Part shown: positions 1 through 9,824 of the stretch, in pieces
How the letters are laid out: the number at the start of each line of letters is the position of its first letter
Numbering within the stretch: the stretch's first letter is position 1
IMG/VR virus record: IMGVR_UViG_3300025867_000005
Source: a virus
Taxonomy: Duplodnaviria; Caudoviricetes
Reading direction: 5' to 3' (one strand)
Length of the DNA: 64,000 nucleotides
The notes under the pieces: model-generated
Told to the model about the DNA's origin: nothing
Database searches by the model: none
Seen by the model: the letters and a program-made list of their open reading frames with translations, nothing else
Translations under genes and position numbers: made by a program

Positions 1-52
1 AGTTCAACAAGTCTATGATAAAGTATTGGTATTGAAAGAAAGGGTTTAAAAG

Positions 53-448
53 ATGAAAACTGTTTACGGACATGAATTGCGTGATATCGGTGGTATGTGG
101 CTTCAGGCAGCGCGTGAGTGGATTCAATGGCGTTGTTTCAACGGAAGCGATGTGATGTGGGGAAGTCGAGAAGCTTTAAAGCCCATGATGACAGCCTTCT
201 CCGTTGAAGAATTGGCATCTGACGTTGCTGCCGCTGTTATGACGGACAACGGGATTCTTACGAAAAATTCCACGCCGAAAGAACGCTGGGAAGCTCTTCG
301 CGACGGTATCTTGAAGAACATCAAAGAAATCGATAGGGACACTCCTTGGCAGGAAACCGAACCTAAGTGGTGGCTTGAAATGCGTGAAATCGAGCAGAAG
401 CTTATGAACCAATGCAATACTAATAAGGTAAAGCATGAAACTCTTTAA
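53..448 (+). CDS. hypothetical protein
   Basis: ORF with upstream AAAGGG RBS, co-oriented with block. Confidence 0.7.
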   Translation: MKTVYGHELRDIGGMWLQAAREWIQWRCFNGSDVMWGSREALKPMMTAFSVEELASDVAAAVMTDNGILTKNSTPKERWEALRDGILKNIKEIDRDTPWQETEPKWWLEMREIEQKLMNQCNTNKVKHETL

Positions 449-549
449 CAGAAACAAGCTTATTGATCCTAGCGCAGGATATTATTGGATGAAGTTTCCA
501 GAATGCCGCTGGGACGAAATAAAGTAACTCTGATTTTCTATACTAAGAC

Positions 550-882
550 ATGTATACTATCGAACAAGCGCCTAAAGATTTAATTCCTCCGTGGAAAGGA
601 CTACGACGGGTTGTTACAAAAATGTCCGTCTATATTCCTATAATCTATAGTGACAGAGAAGATTGTCCAAAATGTTTAGGATCAAGATTTATTTTCAAAC
701 CCGATAATCAAGATCGAGGATTGATTCCGTGTCCGGATTGCAATAAAGAAGGATCTGTTACTGTTATCAGTGTCCCAGTTTGGGCTTGGAAAGACCAGAA
801 GACCGGTGAAGTGTATTTAAACGGGGATACTACCGATTATCTAGACACAATTAAGAAAACTGAAATGGAAAAGTCGGGATAA
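550..882 (+). CDS. hypothetical protein with Zn-ribbon (CPKC..CPDC)
   Basis: two CxxC pairs; packed ORF. Confidence 0.65.
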   Translation: MYTIEQAPKDLIPPWKGLRRVVTKMSVYIPIIYSDREDCPKCLGSRFIFKPDNQDRGLIPCPDCNKEGSVTVISVPVWAWKDQKTGEVYLNGDTTDYLDTIKKTEMEKSG

Positions 883-884
883 AG

Positions 885-1433
885 ATGCCAATCAAAAAGA
901 AAGTCGGCGGATACAAATATACCAACCTTTGCAAATCCTGCGGCAAATCATTCAAGTCTAGGAATTCCGCCTATCACATTTATGATTCGATATCTGTTTG
1001 TCCTCATTGCGGTTCAAAAGACGTTTTGACGAGAGCTTCTAACGGTAAAATTATGGATTTTACTTCTCCTGCAAAAGAGATGAAGTTCAGCGAATTCAGA
1101 AATTCTTTAAAGTTTGATATTGAATTCCGAGAAATGCCGATTTCTGGGGTTCTGGAATATCAAGGCAAACATCTTTTCTTTAAGCTTAGCGATGATGAAA
1201 CCGAATATGAAGTCTGGGAAACTAAACCGGAAGATATGGAATACCTTCTTGACAGGAACGCTTGTTTTGTAGAAAACGTCGGGGAACATCTAAGCTACAA
1301 AAACGGACGCCAAAATTCTATTTGCTGTTTGAAACCGTCAAACCTATGGAACAACTACTATTCAAAATATCAGGGACCCTGGAAACTCCCAAAATTGTTA
1401 AGGAAACTTTACGTTGTTCCATTAAAGACTTAA
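885..1433 (+). CDS. hypothetical protein, N-terminal Zn-ribbon
   Basis: CKSC..CPHCGS; starts 2 nt after previous stop. Confidence 0.7.
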   Translation: MPIKKKVGGYKYTNLCKSCGKSFKSRNSAYHIYDSISVCPHCGSKDVLTRASNGKIMDFTSPAKEMKFSEFRNSLKFDIEFREMPISGVLEYQGKHLFFKLSDDETEYEVWETKPEDMEYLLDRNACFVENVGEHLSYKNGRQNSICCLKPSNLWNNYYSKYQGPWKLPKLLRKLYVVPLKT

Positions 1434-1582
1434 GGATAAAACATGGAAAAGACAAACGAACAGAAAAGACTTGAAGAATCTTTCAAACGGTTTTCAGACT
1501 TTCTGAAACCAGAAGAACAGCCTAAGAATCCTTTTGAAGACCTTTTTAAGGAAGCCTTCAAAGGCGAGAAGAAAACAGAGAA

Positions 1583-1747
1583 ATGAAGTTTTGGAACATT
1601 TGGGCTAAGGCGATTGGACAGAAGGCTTTTGAAAATGATGACAGGGCGTCAGACATAGCCGCTGTTATCCGAACCGTGATTCTATTTGCCTATCTCTTTA
1701 CAAATGCCGTCATTGTTGCCGGTGTCTTAAAACATTGGAATGACTAG
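1583..1747 (+). CDS. small phage membrane protein (54 aa)
   Basis: translated by hand: MKFWNIWAKAIGQKA...IRTVILFAYLFTNAVIVAGVLKHWND; one TM helix; below ORF-track cutoff. Confidence 0.7.
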   Translation: MKFWNIWAKAIGQKAFENDDRASDIAAVIRTVILFAYLFTNAVIVAGVLKHWND

Positions 1748-1748
1748 C

Positions 1749-2645
1749 ATGAAAACCTATATCGGCACAATCGAAAATCTGGAAGATAATCAAATCTTCT
1801 GTTTCGGCAGTAATGGACAAGGTAGGCACGGTAAGGGGGCGGCTCTTTTTGCTAGACAGAACTGTGGAGCGGTCTACGGTCAAGCCAGAGGTCCACAGGG
1901 GCGCGCATACGCAATCGTAACGAAGGACTTGACAAAAGATAAGCACCCTAGTATCGACGCACAGGAAATCATTAAACAGGTGCAGGAACTATACGCCTAC
2001 GCGAGACAAAATCAGGAATTGGAATTCGTCGTTGCATATTCCGGCACAAAGCCGAATCTTAACGGATATACGAATCTTGAAATGGCTGAAATGTTCAGGG
2101 ATAAAGAAATTCCATCTAACATCGTCTTCGAACAAGTCTTCGCAGATTTGGTTTTGGATTACGGACCTCTTACCGATGGCGTGACGCATATCAATATCTA
2201 CACCAAAGGCAAGACAAAACTCGGAAGGGATTTGACGAATCTTTCCAGACACGGTTTTGAAATGAAGTCCTACGGAAGTTTTGAATGTGTGGAAGGTTTC
2301 TGGTACTATTATCTTACGGGATGCAAGCATGAAGAATTCAGGAAGTACAATGGATTCACCGCCAAGACAGAAGGGCAGAAACTTAGAGAAGACCGTATAG
2401 ACAAAGACGGATTGGCCGAACCCGACAAAGAAGTAATTCGAGAAGCTATCAGATGTAAGCTGCGGCAAAATCTGGACATTCTTGAAGAACTGATTGAATC
2501 TGAATTACCTCTGACACATTATTACTACTATGGAGAAGAAAGTAATTGTAAAATCGTCAGGCTTCATCAGTATGATTGGATCGTACAGGAGATAGAACGT
2601 ATTAGGAAAGTCTGCAAACTTTACTACAAAGGAAATAAGAAATGA
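1749..2645 (+). CDS. fusion of A1S_2505-type (macro-like, FxFGSN) domain and NADAR-like domain
   Basis: IFCFGSNGQGRHGKGAA..YAIVTK N-domain; DGVTHINIYTKGKTKLGRDLTN..FECVEGFWY C-domain. Confidence 0.65.
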   Translation: MKTYIGTIENLEDNQIFCFGSNGQGRHGKGAALFARQNCGAVYGQARGPQGRAYAIVTKDLTKDKHPSIDAQEIIKQVQELYAYARQNQELEFVVAYSGTKPNLNGYTNLEMAEMFRDKEIPSNIVFEQVFADLVLDYGPLTDGVTHINIYTKGKTKLGRDLTNLSRHGFEMKSYGSFECVEGFWYYYLTGCKHEEFRKYNGFTAKTEGQKLREDRIDKDGLAEPDKEVIREAIRCKLRQNLDILEELIESELPLTHYYYYGEESNCKIVRLHQYDWIVQEIERIRKVCKLYYKGNKK

Positions 2646-3034
2646 ATTGGAAATTTTGGGAAAAGGAAGAAAACGAAGAGGCTGAAGAACTCCCTATGAT
2701 CGGAGAAAAATGGTGTCTTAAGTGCGACTTTGATGGTAGCCCCTGGCCGAAAAAAGATGTGGTTTGCGTTATCGTTCTTGATGTAAAGGACGGATGGGTA
2801 AGATATAGAATCGGAGAAGGCTTGTTATTCGGTGATGAAAGAATGAAAGTCAAGTATTTTACACGTGTGTATAAAAAGGTTACAACGGATAAGAAGGTTG
2901 TAGGAAACAAGTGTTCTTTTGAAGAATGGTTGTCACTATACTCCAAAGACAAAAACAACGATGATAGGGGCTTTGGATATCCCATTGTCAGGGCGGCTTT
3001 TGAAGCGGGTAAAAATAGCGTGGTGGTTAAATGA
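2642..3034 (+). CDS. hypothetical protein
   Basis: ATGA overlap with upstream gene. Confidence 0.7.
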   Translation: MNWKFWEKEENEEAEELPMIGEKWCLKCDFDGSPWPKKDVVCVIVLDVKDGWVRYRIGEGLLFGDERMKVKYFTRVYKKVTTDKKVVGNKCSFEEWLSLYSKDKNNDDRGFGYPIVRAAFEAGKNSVVVK

Positions 3035-3396
3035 AGATTTACACTTCCTATTTCGCCAATCTTAAAAGAGTCGTAAATCCCATTTCGATATGTGGGAAAG
3101 CACCGCTTTTCTACAAAGGTCCGCAATACAAAAGGCTAGCTCCTAAGTATGGTTTCTTTATGGATTGGAAACAAGGAAAGCTGGACAATGATGGATATGT
3201 CAAATGCTTCAACGAACAGGTGCTTTCCGGACTCGATCCTTTGGATGTTGTAAACGAACTTCAGGAATTTTATCCAGAAGCAGATCAGTTGACTTTGATT
3301 TGTTATGAGAAGCCAGGTGATTTTTGTCACAGGCATCTTGTCTCAGAATGGTTAAGGCAAGCCGGTATTGACGCGAAGGAATTCGAGAAGAATTGA
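3031..3396 (+). CDS. DUF488-family protein
   Basis: IYTSYF...LAP...LICYEKPGDFCHRHLV motif. Confidence 0.8.
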   Translation: MKIYTSYFANLKRVVNPISICGKAPLFYKGPQYKRLAPKYGFFMDWKQGKLDNDGYVKCFNEQVLSGLDPLDVVNELQEFYPEADQLTLICYEKPGDFCHRHLVSEWLRQAGIDAKEFEKN

Positions 3397-3671
3397 ATTT
3401 AAGGATGGTAGTTGAAGATGTGATTTCCTTGGCCGAAGGCATGGGTTGGAAATTAGAAGAAAGACACGAAGCGTCTACTCTGACAACCTATCTTGATTTC
3501 TCCAGGCAAGAAGACAAACAAAAGGAATGGATTGTTATTCGTGTAGGCGATCATAAGTCTTTCTATCCGTCTTGGGTAAGGATGTATTCTGTGGCACCCG
3601 GAGACCTATGGTTTGAAGAACTGCCTGAAATTCTACAGGGAAGCTTTGGAAATGTAGGGGATATTCTCTAA
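3393..3671 (+). CDS. hypothetical protein
   Basis: overlapping packed ORF. Confidence 0.6.
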   Translation: MNLRMVVEDVISLAEGMGWKLEERHEASTLTTYLDFSRQEDKQKEWIVIRVGDHKSFYPSWVRMYSVAPGDLWFEELPEILQGSFGNVGDIL

Positions 3672-3678
3672 TACCCTA

Positions 3679-3707
3679 TTGACAACTCCGTAAGCTTTTG
3701 CTATATT
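3679..3707 (+). promoter_or_regulatory. sigma70 promoter, extended -10
   Basis: TTGACA-N17-TATATT with TG at -15/-14; one of 25 similar sites. Confidence 0.8.
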
Positions 3708-3739
3708 GACGGCATTGAAACCAAGAAAGGGTTAACCCA

Positions 3740-4075
3740 ATGATTTTTGACACAGAAGACATGCTTTCTCGTTTGATTAGTAAAGGCTTTAGGGAATCCA
3801 GGTGGGCTTGGGAGCAAACTTGGGATGAAGAACCTGAACTACAGTTACCACATGGCAAAGAGTGTTGTTGTGAAGGCTGCCGAAAGATTCGCCTTTCTGA
3901 TAAAAAACATCAGGAATGGAGCCAGAAGAGGAGTCAGATTCTTCTTTTCCGTTCCAAGATTGAAGACGTTTCACACCTTTTCCATAGTACCCAACTGATC
4001 GATGACAATAACATTAGGGGGTTTTCGATGGGAAGACTTCTCGAAAGAATCAAAGAGATTAAGAAAGGATGGTAA
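3740..4075 (+). CDS. hypothetical protein
   Basis: RBS, downstream of promoter. Confidence 0.7.
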   Translation: MIFDTEDMLSRLISKGFRESRWAWEQTWDEEPELQLPHGKECCCEGCRKIRLSDKKHQEWSQKRSQILLFRSKIEDVSHLFHSTQLIDDNNIRGFSMGRLLERIKEIKKGW

Positions 4076-4341
4076 AAACGAGTATGCAACAGACCGAATT
4101 ACAGAGTCTCCTTACGGCATTCGCCCAGAAATTGGCAACGAAAGACTATTTCGAAAGCAAGAAAGAAAGGGAACCCGGTGACACCGGGGCAGGAAACACC
4201 ATTCATTTTTCTTTTGATGGCAAAAACTACAAGCTGGAATGGAATGGTTGGTGGAACCGATCAGATTTCTACGAATACACCATTGAAGAACTTGGGAATA
4301 CCACCGCCACTAAAATTTCTGGTGTAAAATATCTGGATTAG
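4069..4341 (+). CDS. hypothetical protein, paralogue of C-terminal part of 5819-6292
   Basis: shared FxFxGKxYxxxWNGxW..DxYEYxI..KISGxxYxD. Confidence 0.75.
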   Translation: MVKTSMQQTELQSLLTAFAQKLATKDYFESKKEREPGDTGAGNTIHFSFDGKNYKLEWNGWWNRSDFYEYTIEELGNTTATKISGVKYLD

Positions 4342-4586
4342 ACACCTTGACAATATCGGCCATTTGTGTTAACCTATCTTCATCAAATGGACGATAACTG
4401 GAAGGAAACGAAAATGAACGAAAACGATTTGCTTCAACTGGAAGTTCTTGGTCTTGAAAATGATATCGCTCATCTCAAATTCATCATCAAGGACATTCTC
4501 GGGGATCTCCCCAATAAGCGTGATTGGCTGAATCCGGAAACCGAACGTTTGGCGCGTGAAGCTGTTAAGGAGTAAGGGAATTAATT

Positions 4587-4928
4587 ATGAAAACGATCGA
4601 AGCAATTGTCTCTGATATCGGATTCTTTTTCTACAACAAGACGGCCGGAGACGGCAAGGGAAAGATTCTCACGGCGACGAAAGAGATTGAAAACTTTGGT
4701 ATTACCAATATCTCTTTGGAAGGTAGCACGGTTTCTGTAAGATTGATGCGTCCCGGTCTTTTCATCGGAAGGCTTGGGCTTAACATCAAAGATCTGAAAG
4801 AATACCTTAAAGAAAAGTCAGACGGTGAAATCACGGATATCTGCGTAGTCGAAGACCGTTCTCTGCATGGACTCTATGACTTCACGTATGATCAGATGGA
4901 GGATTTCGATTATGACGAAGGTCTTTGA
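4587..4928 (+). CDS. KH-domain protein resembling the ribosomal protein uS3 KH domain
   Basis: VRLMRPGLFIGRLGLNIKDLKEYL matches the uS3 RPGxxIGxxGxxI motif. Confidence 0.7.
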   Translation: MKTIEAIVSDIGFFFYNKTAGDGKGKILTATKEIENFGITNISLEGSTVSVRLMRPGLFIGRLGLNIKDLKEYLKEKSDGEITDICVVEDRSLHGLYDFTYDQMEDFDYDEGL

Positions 4929-5151
4929 TAAAGACGGAAGGCACATTGGAAACTGCATGGATGGGTTGACCGCTCCGAAGATCCGCCGCATGAAGAAAGC
5001 CCTATATCGGAAAATCGTCAGCAAGAATCTCAGCTTTCAGGATATAGATCAAATGTCTTACCATGCAGAAGAAAAGATTCTCTGTCGGAAGCTGAATATT
5101 TGCGATGAAGTCCGTTTCAATGACTTCAAGAAGTCTTTTCCCTTAAAATAA
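4912..5151 (+). CDS. hypothetical protein
   Basis: GGAGG RBS before ATG 4912. Confidence 0.55.
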   Translation: MTKVFDKDGRHIGNCMDGLTAPKIRRMKKALYRKIVSKNLSFQDIDQMSYHAEEKILCRKLNICDEVRFNDFKKSFPLK

Positions 5152-5161
5152 GGATAAAAAC

Positions 5162-5482
5162 ATGAGTAATAAAATCCATACTCTCGTTGTTCCTCCGCAT
5201 CTTGAAGATTTGAAGATGTCCGCTTCTTCGGCCGAAACATATAATTTTCGTATTCGAGAAGACGAATATTCGGAAATCGGGTTTCTACTTTTGGATGTTG
5301 CCAACGGAAATAAAGAAGCTTTGAAAAGGGTGAGTGATTTTATTCGGATGGAGCACAGAATGCTGAAAGATAGTTATGAAAACACAGGGCGTTTTATTGA
5401 CAAAGTAGAAACCTGGCTGGTTAATAACCGTAATTGGGTAGTAATGTCACCTAAGCGTATTGAGATTGAAGGGGAAAACTAG
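5162..5482 (+). CDS. hypothetical protein
   Basis: AAGGA RBS, packed. Confidence 0.7.
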   Translation: MSNKIHTLVVPPHLEDLKMSASSAETYNFRIREDEYSEIGFLLLDVANGNKEALKRVSDFIRMEHRMLKDSYENTGRFIDKVETWLVNNRNWVVMSPKRIEIEGEN

Positions 5483-5488
5483 GAATAA

Positions 5489-5818
5489 ATGAAAACTGTT
5501 ATATATTGTAAAGAAGGCGTTGCCGTAAGCGATTTTGATGCCGAAGACTGGGTTGAACTATTCAAACGGGCAAAAGACGGAACAATTTCAAAAGTGAGTA
5601 CCAGTCTTCCCTTTGATATCATCCGAAGGGAAATTGTCAGGGAGAATATCTCATTCGAAAGCGTTGAGTTCGAGTTCGAAGGTAAGAAGATTCCGATCAA
5701 CAAGTACGGAGCAATACTTAATTGGCCTCGTGGGTTCTGTGATAAGTCCGGAGATGTTGCTGTCGATGTCATTCGTGAAGCCATGAAGATTCGTAAAGCC
5801 GAACGTGGAGAAAAATAA
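5489..5818 (+). CDS. hypothetical protein
   Basis: AGGA RBS, packed. Confidence 0.7.
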   Translation: MKTVIYCKEGVAVSDFDAEDWVELFKRAKDGTISKVSTSLPFDIIRREIVRENISFESVEFEFEGKKIPINKYGAILNWPRGFCDKSGDVAVDVIREAMKIRKAERGEK

Positions 5819-6292
5819 ATGACAAAGAAGAAGCAGATTTTGGAAGACCTTAAGAATTGCAAGCCGGAACAGGTTGGCATATTTATCCGCATGTATGGGG
5901 AAATCGGAGAATCTATTGAATCCGTGGTATCGGAACTTCCTTCGTCTAAAGTTTCTTGGGCTTTGAAACAGGTATAAAACACGATCAAGAAGAATTCTTT
6001 GCCCCATCCGCCTCCGAAACCCGTGCCTGTTGTTGACGAAAAGGTCGAATTTAAAAAGAGTATCGAAAACTTTGCGTTTGATTTGTCAGATAAAGATTTC
6101 TTCTTTTCCAAAAGAGAATCAGTAAGAAAGATCATTGGTGGTTCCGGGTCTGTGGTATTTGATTTTGAAGGGAAGTCGTATAGGATCGATTGGAACGGAT
6201 ATTGGGAAAGTTCGGATTGGTATGAATACCAAATTTCTGATGTCCATGACCGTGGCGGATTGAAAATTTCAGGAACGAGATATATTGATTAG
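5819..6292 (+). pseudogene. gene interrupted by one in-frame TAA (5975-5977)
   Basis: ATG 5819 runs 52 codons to ...WALKQV-TAA-NTIKKN... and continues in the same frame to 6292. Confidence 0.65.
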
Positions 6293-6333
6293 ACTCTATT
6301 GACAGTCAGGAAGTCTTATGGTAATGTATCGAC

Positions 6334-6990
6334 ATGAAAATGAAATACCATAGGACTTTTCACCTTCCCTATAGCCTGACTGTTTCTGCGGATGATAAGA
6401 GGCTTCGTAATGATTCCCAGTTCTTTGGCATGGAAGTGGTTGTCACGGAGAAGATGGACGGAGAAAACACGACTGTCTATAAAGATGGACGCGCCCATGC
6501 CCGTAGCCTTGACGGGTTTGGGAAACCTTGGCAGACTTGGTTGATGAAAAATATTCAGGGATGGTCTTATGATATTCCTGAAGACTGGCGGGTTTGCGGT
6601 GAGGATCTTTATGCCCAGCATTCGATTCCCTATGTGTTCCCTTCACAAAAGTATTTTTTCCAGTGTTTCAGTATTTGGAACGAGAAGAATTCCTGCTTAT
6701 CTTGGGACGATACCGTTGAGTGGTGTAACCTTTTGGGCATCCTTCATGTTCCCGTCATTTTCCGTGGCATTTATGACAAAGACGCGATTATGGCTGCGTT
6801 TGAATGCTACAAAGAGAAAACTGGCAGAGAAACCGAAGGTTTTGTCGTTAGGAATACTGCGGGTTTCGGATATGATGATTTCGGTAAAAACGGAGCCAAG
6901 TTCGTCCGCGCCAATCATGTCCAGACCGACGAACACTGGACGGAAAACTGGGTTAAGAATGAAGTTAGCAACGATGCAAAGGGGTGGTAA
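6334..6990 (+). CDS. ATP-dependent RNA ligase (Rnl2-like nucleotidyltransferase)
   Basis: motif I TEKMDGENT, GEDLYAQHSI, motif IV EGFVVRN, motif V KFVR; own promoter at 6299. Confidence 0.88.
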   Translation: MKMKYHRTFHLPYSLTVSADDKRLRNDSQFFGMEVVVTEKMDGENTTVYKDGRAHARSLDGFGKPWQTWLMKNIQGWSYDIPEDWRVCGEDLYAQHSIPYVFPSQKYFFQCFSIWNEKNSCLSWDDTVEWCNLLGILHVPVIFRGIYDKDAIMAAFECYKEKTGRETEGFVVRNTAGFGYDDFGKNGAKFVRANHVQTDEHWTENWVKNEVSNDAKGW

Positions 6991-6991
6991 A

Positions 6992-7258
6992 ATGAATGAA
7001 GTGATTTACATGAGAAGCGGGGTTTTGGTGGTTTCGAAGGTTTTGAAAAAGACATCTTCTGAATTTTTCAGTACCTTAAAAGAAGGGTCTAAGATTGAAA
7101 TGTCAATTCCTGTTAAAGCTGTCGGCAGTAATAGGGGAAAGACCTATTCTCCATCCATCAAGATTCTAGATGTGGAAACCGGAAGCAAGACTTTTAAGAG
7201 CTTCAACGAGGTTGAAAAGCTTTTAGCGTGTTTTGAATTTACGCCGGTGGCAGGATGA
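6992..7258 (+). CDS. hypothetical protein
   Basis: ATG directly after ligase stop. Confidence 0.65.
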   Translation: MNEVIYMRSGVLVVSKVLKKTSSEFFSTLKEGSKIEMSIPVKAVGSNRGKTYSPSIKILDVETGSKTFKSFNEVEKLLACFEFTPVAG

Positions 7259-7357
7259 TTTCGCTAGATTGAAGAAACCTTTAGAAAGCCTATTGACAAA
7301 TCCAATAGGATTTAGTATTTTGTCTTTATCAAATGAACCAAGAAAGGAAGTTTTGTT

Positions 7358-7594
7358 ATGGCAACAAAGATTAAATCGGTTGAGTTTGATGGCGATGTTC
7401 TCACTGTGAAGGCTATTGTTGACAACGGTTTCGTTCAGGACGAAATCCAATTCTTTTACGACGTTGAAACCGATGAAATTTCTTCCGATTCCCCGATGAA
7501 CAACACGAATGGCTGGCTGTTGTTTCTCCTTCTTCAGGATGGTGGTCATGAAAAAATCTTGGAAGAGTTTCAAGATCATCTTATTAATACCTAG
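7358..7594 (+). CDS. hypothetical protein
   Basis: promoter 7293 plus RBS. Confidence 0.7.
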   Translation: MATKIKSVEFDGDVLTVKAIVDNGFVQDEIQFFYDVETDEISSDSPMNNTNGWLLFLLLQDGGHEKILEEFQDHLINT

Positions 7595-8092
7595 ATGAAA
7601 ATGAACAAAGAAGAAATATCCTCTATTCTTGACATGTTCAATATCGATCACGATTTCTACTTCGTGTCTGATAAAGTCTATCAAGAGATGGTTATTTCTG
7701 TCATGGCATATTTCGGCATGACGAGACTTCCACTGGTTCCAAGGGATAAGAATGAATTTGTAGAAATTGTTTATTCCTTTGTCAATGGAGTAGATTATAG
7801 GCGCTGTCTGAAATATATTCTGGAATACGGAGTGACGGAATATGTTGTTTGTGCGGCACTTAGACGTTGGGACGGGATGATGATTTGCAGTCCCAGACAC
7901 TTTGACCTGATTTGCATCCGTATGATTGAAGTTTCCGGTGGCAAACAGAATTGGCTAAAGTGTGAACAGGGTTTTGTAAACCAGTACGGGGATTTCTTGA
8001 CAAGGAAAAATGCATTGGTATTGGCTAGGAAGAACAATCAAATCCGTAGGGGAATAGCTGATAACAAGCTCTATAGTGAAAATCTTTACTGA
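7595..8092 (+). CDS. conserved phage hypothetical protein
   Basis: C-terminal VVCAA..RH..EQGFVNQYGDFLTR..LYSENLY pattern. Confidence 0.7.
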   Translation: MKMNKEEISSILDMFNIDHDFYFVSDKVYQEMVISVMAYFGMTRLPLVPRDKNEFVEIVYSFVNGVDYRRCLKYILEYGVTEYVVCAALRRWDGMMICSPRHFDLICIRMIEVSGGKQNWLKCEQGFVNQYGDFLTRKNALVLARKNNQIRRGIADNKLYSENLY

Positions 8093-8255
8093 TTTTTAAT
8101 CGGTCACTTGACGGCGGTAATTCTTTAAAGAATGGCGTTACTTTGAATTTTGGAAGGGAAAGGGACTTCAAGACGAAATTTTGAAGACTTCGATGGAAAT
8201 CACGGAAGAATTCGGAATGAAACTTGTAATTCAGTAACAAGGAAGTAGGTAAACA

Positions 8256-8675
8256 ATGAATACTTATGTACAGACCTTTATGAGTAATGCCAGAGAATCC
8301 TTTTCGTGGTCGGTGGCCGAGGATATTGACGGCAAACCTGTGGAGAGGACAAAAGAAGCGCATCCCTATTCCTATGATGTGTTTATCACGTATCGTAGAA
8401 AAAAAGGAAGTCATAAAGGAGCAGTGGCTGTCTATAGTGACAGGCTTTGGCAATGGGACAACAAGAAGTTCGACAGATCCATGAAAGATGCGGGTCTTCG
8501 CGGGCAGATTTATTATGACGCTTCTGAAGAACAGGTAGAAGATTTCTTGCGTCGGTATTATGATGACCAAGGATTGTTATTGGAAGCCATCGGGGAAGGC
8601 TGTAATTTCGGCATCGGTTATCCATATTGGGTTTTCTGGTTTACACCGTCTAAAAAGGAAAAAAGCGAAAAATAA
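8256..8675 (+). CDS. hypothetical protein
   Basis: RBS; HPYSYD, YSDRLWQWD, GYPYW. Confidence 0.7.
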   Translation: MNTYVQTFMSNARESFSWSVAEDIDGKPVERTKEAHPYSYDVFITYRRKKGSHKGAVAVYSDRLWQWDNKKFDRSMKDAGLRGQIYYDASEEQVEDFLRRYYDDQGLLLEAIGEGCNFGIGYPYWVFWFTPSKKEKSEK

Positions 8676-8691
8676 CTCGTATAGGTGAAAA

Positions 8692-9207
8692 ATGAACAAA
8701 AGAATCATTTGTCTTGAAATTTTGGATTGGAGTTCTTCCATAGGAGGGGAGCATTTCAGCGGTGTCCTTTGGAGCACGATGCCTTTTGACGGGGAAAACG
8801 TTCCAATAAAGAAGACGCTTGAATATCCTATGACTCCTTCTCTTGCCGCAAGATTTAATCTAAAGGCACAGAGAGACATGCCTTCTTTCCAACATCATTA
8901 TGGCACTGGAGACATAACCGACAGGTTTGAATCTGAAAAAGAATTGCGTGAATTTGCAGTAAGGGAATATAAAAAGTTTTCCCCCGATTCTGATATCCTT
9001 CTCGTAGGAGGATATTGCATCGCAGATCCACAGGAATGTCTTGACGGTCCTTTATGGTTTAAAAATGAATCCAACAGGCTTTGGAAGGCATTTCGGCAGG
9101 TCGGCGGGTATGAAGGAGATGAAAAGGCTTGTGACGGGATCTTCCTTGAATACCAGAAAGTTCTAAAAAAGTTGAACGATGGTATTGACAAACCAGAAGG
9201 ACTTTGA
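8692..9207 (+). CDS. hypothetical protein
   Basis: AGGTG RBS. Confidence 0.7.
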   Translation: MNKRIICLEILDWSSSIGGEHFSGVLWSTMPFDGENVPIKKTLEYPMTPSLAARFNLKAQRDMPSFQHHYGTGDITDRFESEKELREFAVREYKKFSPDSDILLVGGYCIADPQECLDGPLWFKNESNRLWKAFRQVGGYEGDEKACDGIFLEYQKVLKKLNDGIDKPEGL

Positions 9208-9251
9208 TAAGGTGTTGACATCAACAAGAAACTGAAAGGCTTGATAGAAAG

Positions 9252-9419
9252 ATGAACAACATTCAACAAGTTATTGTTTACCGTAGCCCATTCGAACAGG
9301 ATTTCTACGAATTCATGCAGGATTATCCCTACGCCATTCTGTGGTTTTTCGGGTTTGCCATTGTCTTAGCGGCAGGTCTGAAACTTTGGGATCATTACAA
9401 CCGCCGTGGTCATTTCTAA
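9252..9419 (+). CDS. small membrane protein (55 aa)
   Basis: hand-translated MNNIQQVIVYRSPFEQ...AILWFFGFAIVLAAGLKLW; follows promoter 9185. Confidence 0.6.
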   Translation: MNNIQQVIVYRSPFEQDFYEFMQDYPYAILWFFGFAIVLAAGLKLWDHYNRRGHF

Positions 9420-9433
9420 GAGAGGGAAAGATT

Positions 9434-9787
9434 ATGGCAACTTCTAAAGTTAATCACTATAAATGGCTGGACAAACATTTCTTCACATTCTTGAAAAACA
9501 TCGGTGGAAATGATTCATTTTGTGGCGGAATTGTGTCGGCACACGGAGATAAGTTCTACGGGTATAAAGGTGCTTGGGAAGATGCAGGTATCCAGTTTCC
9601 ACACGGAGTCGCGATTTGCTTACTGACTTATCTCAATCCTTGGTGTGATGAAGTCCAGGAAACACCAAATGGTTGGGTAGATGCTTACCAATGGGTGATT
9701 GACAACTACTCTCGTTTCAAAGACATGCTTCCGCCTGTTGACGAAAACGATCCAGATACTAAAAATCCGCTCTTTTTTGAGGATTAA
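9434..9787 (+). CDS. hypothetical protein
   Basis: GAGGG RBS before ATG 9434. Confidence 0.7.
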   Translation: MATSKVNHYKWLDKHFFTFLKNIGGNDSFCGGIVSAHGDKFYGYKGAWEDAGIQFPHGVAICLLTYLNPWCDEVQETPNGWVDAYQWVIDNYSRFKDMLPPVDENDPDTKNPLFFED

Positions 9788-9824
9788 AACAACAAAGTGA
9801 ACTGTGAAAATTAAGGAGAAAGTT

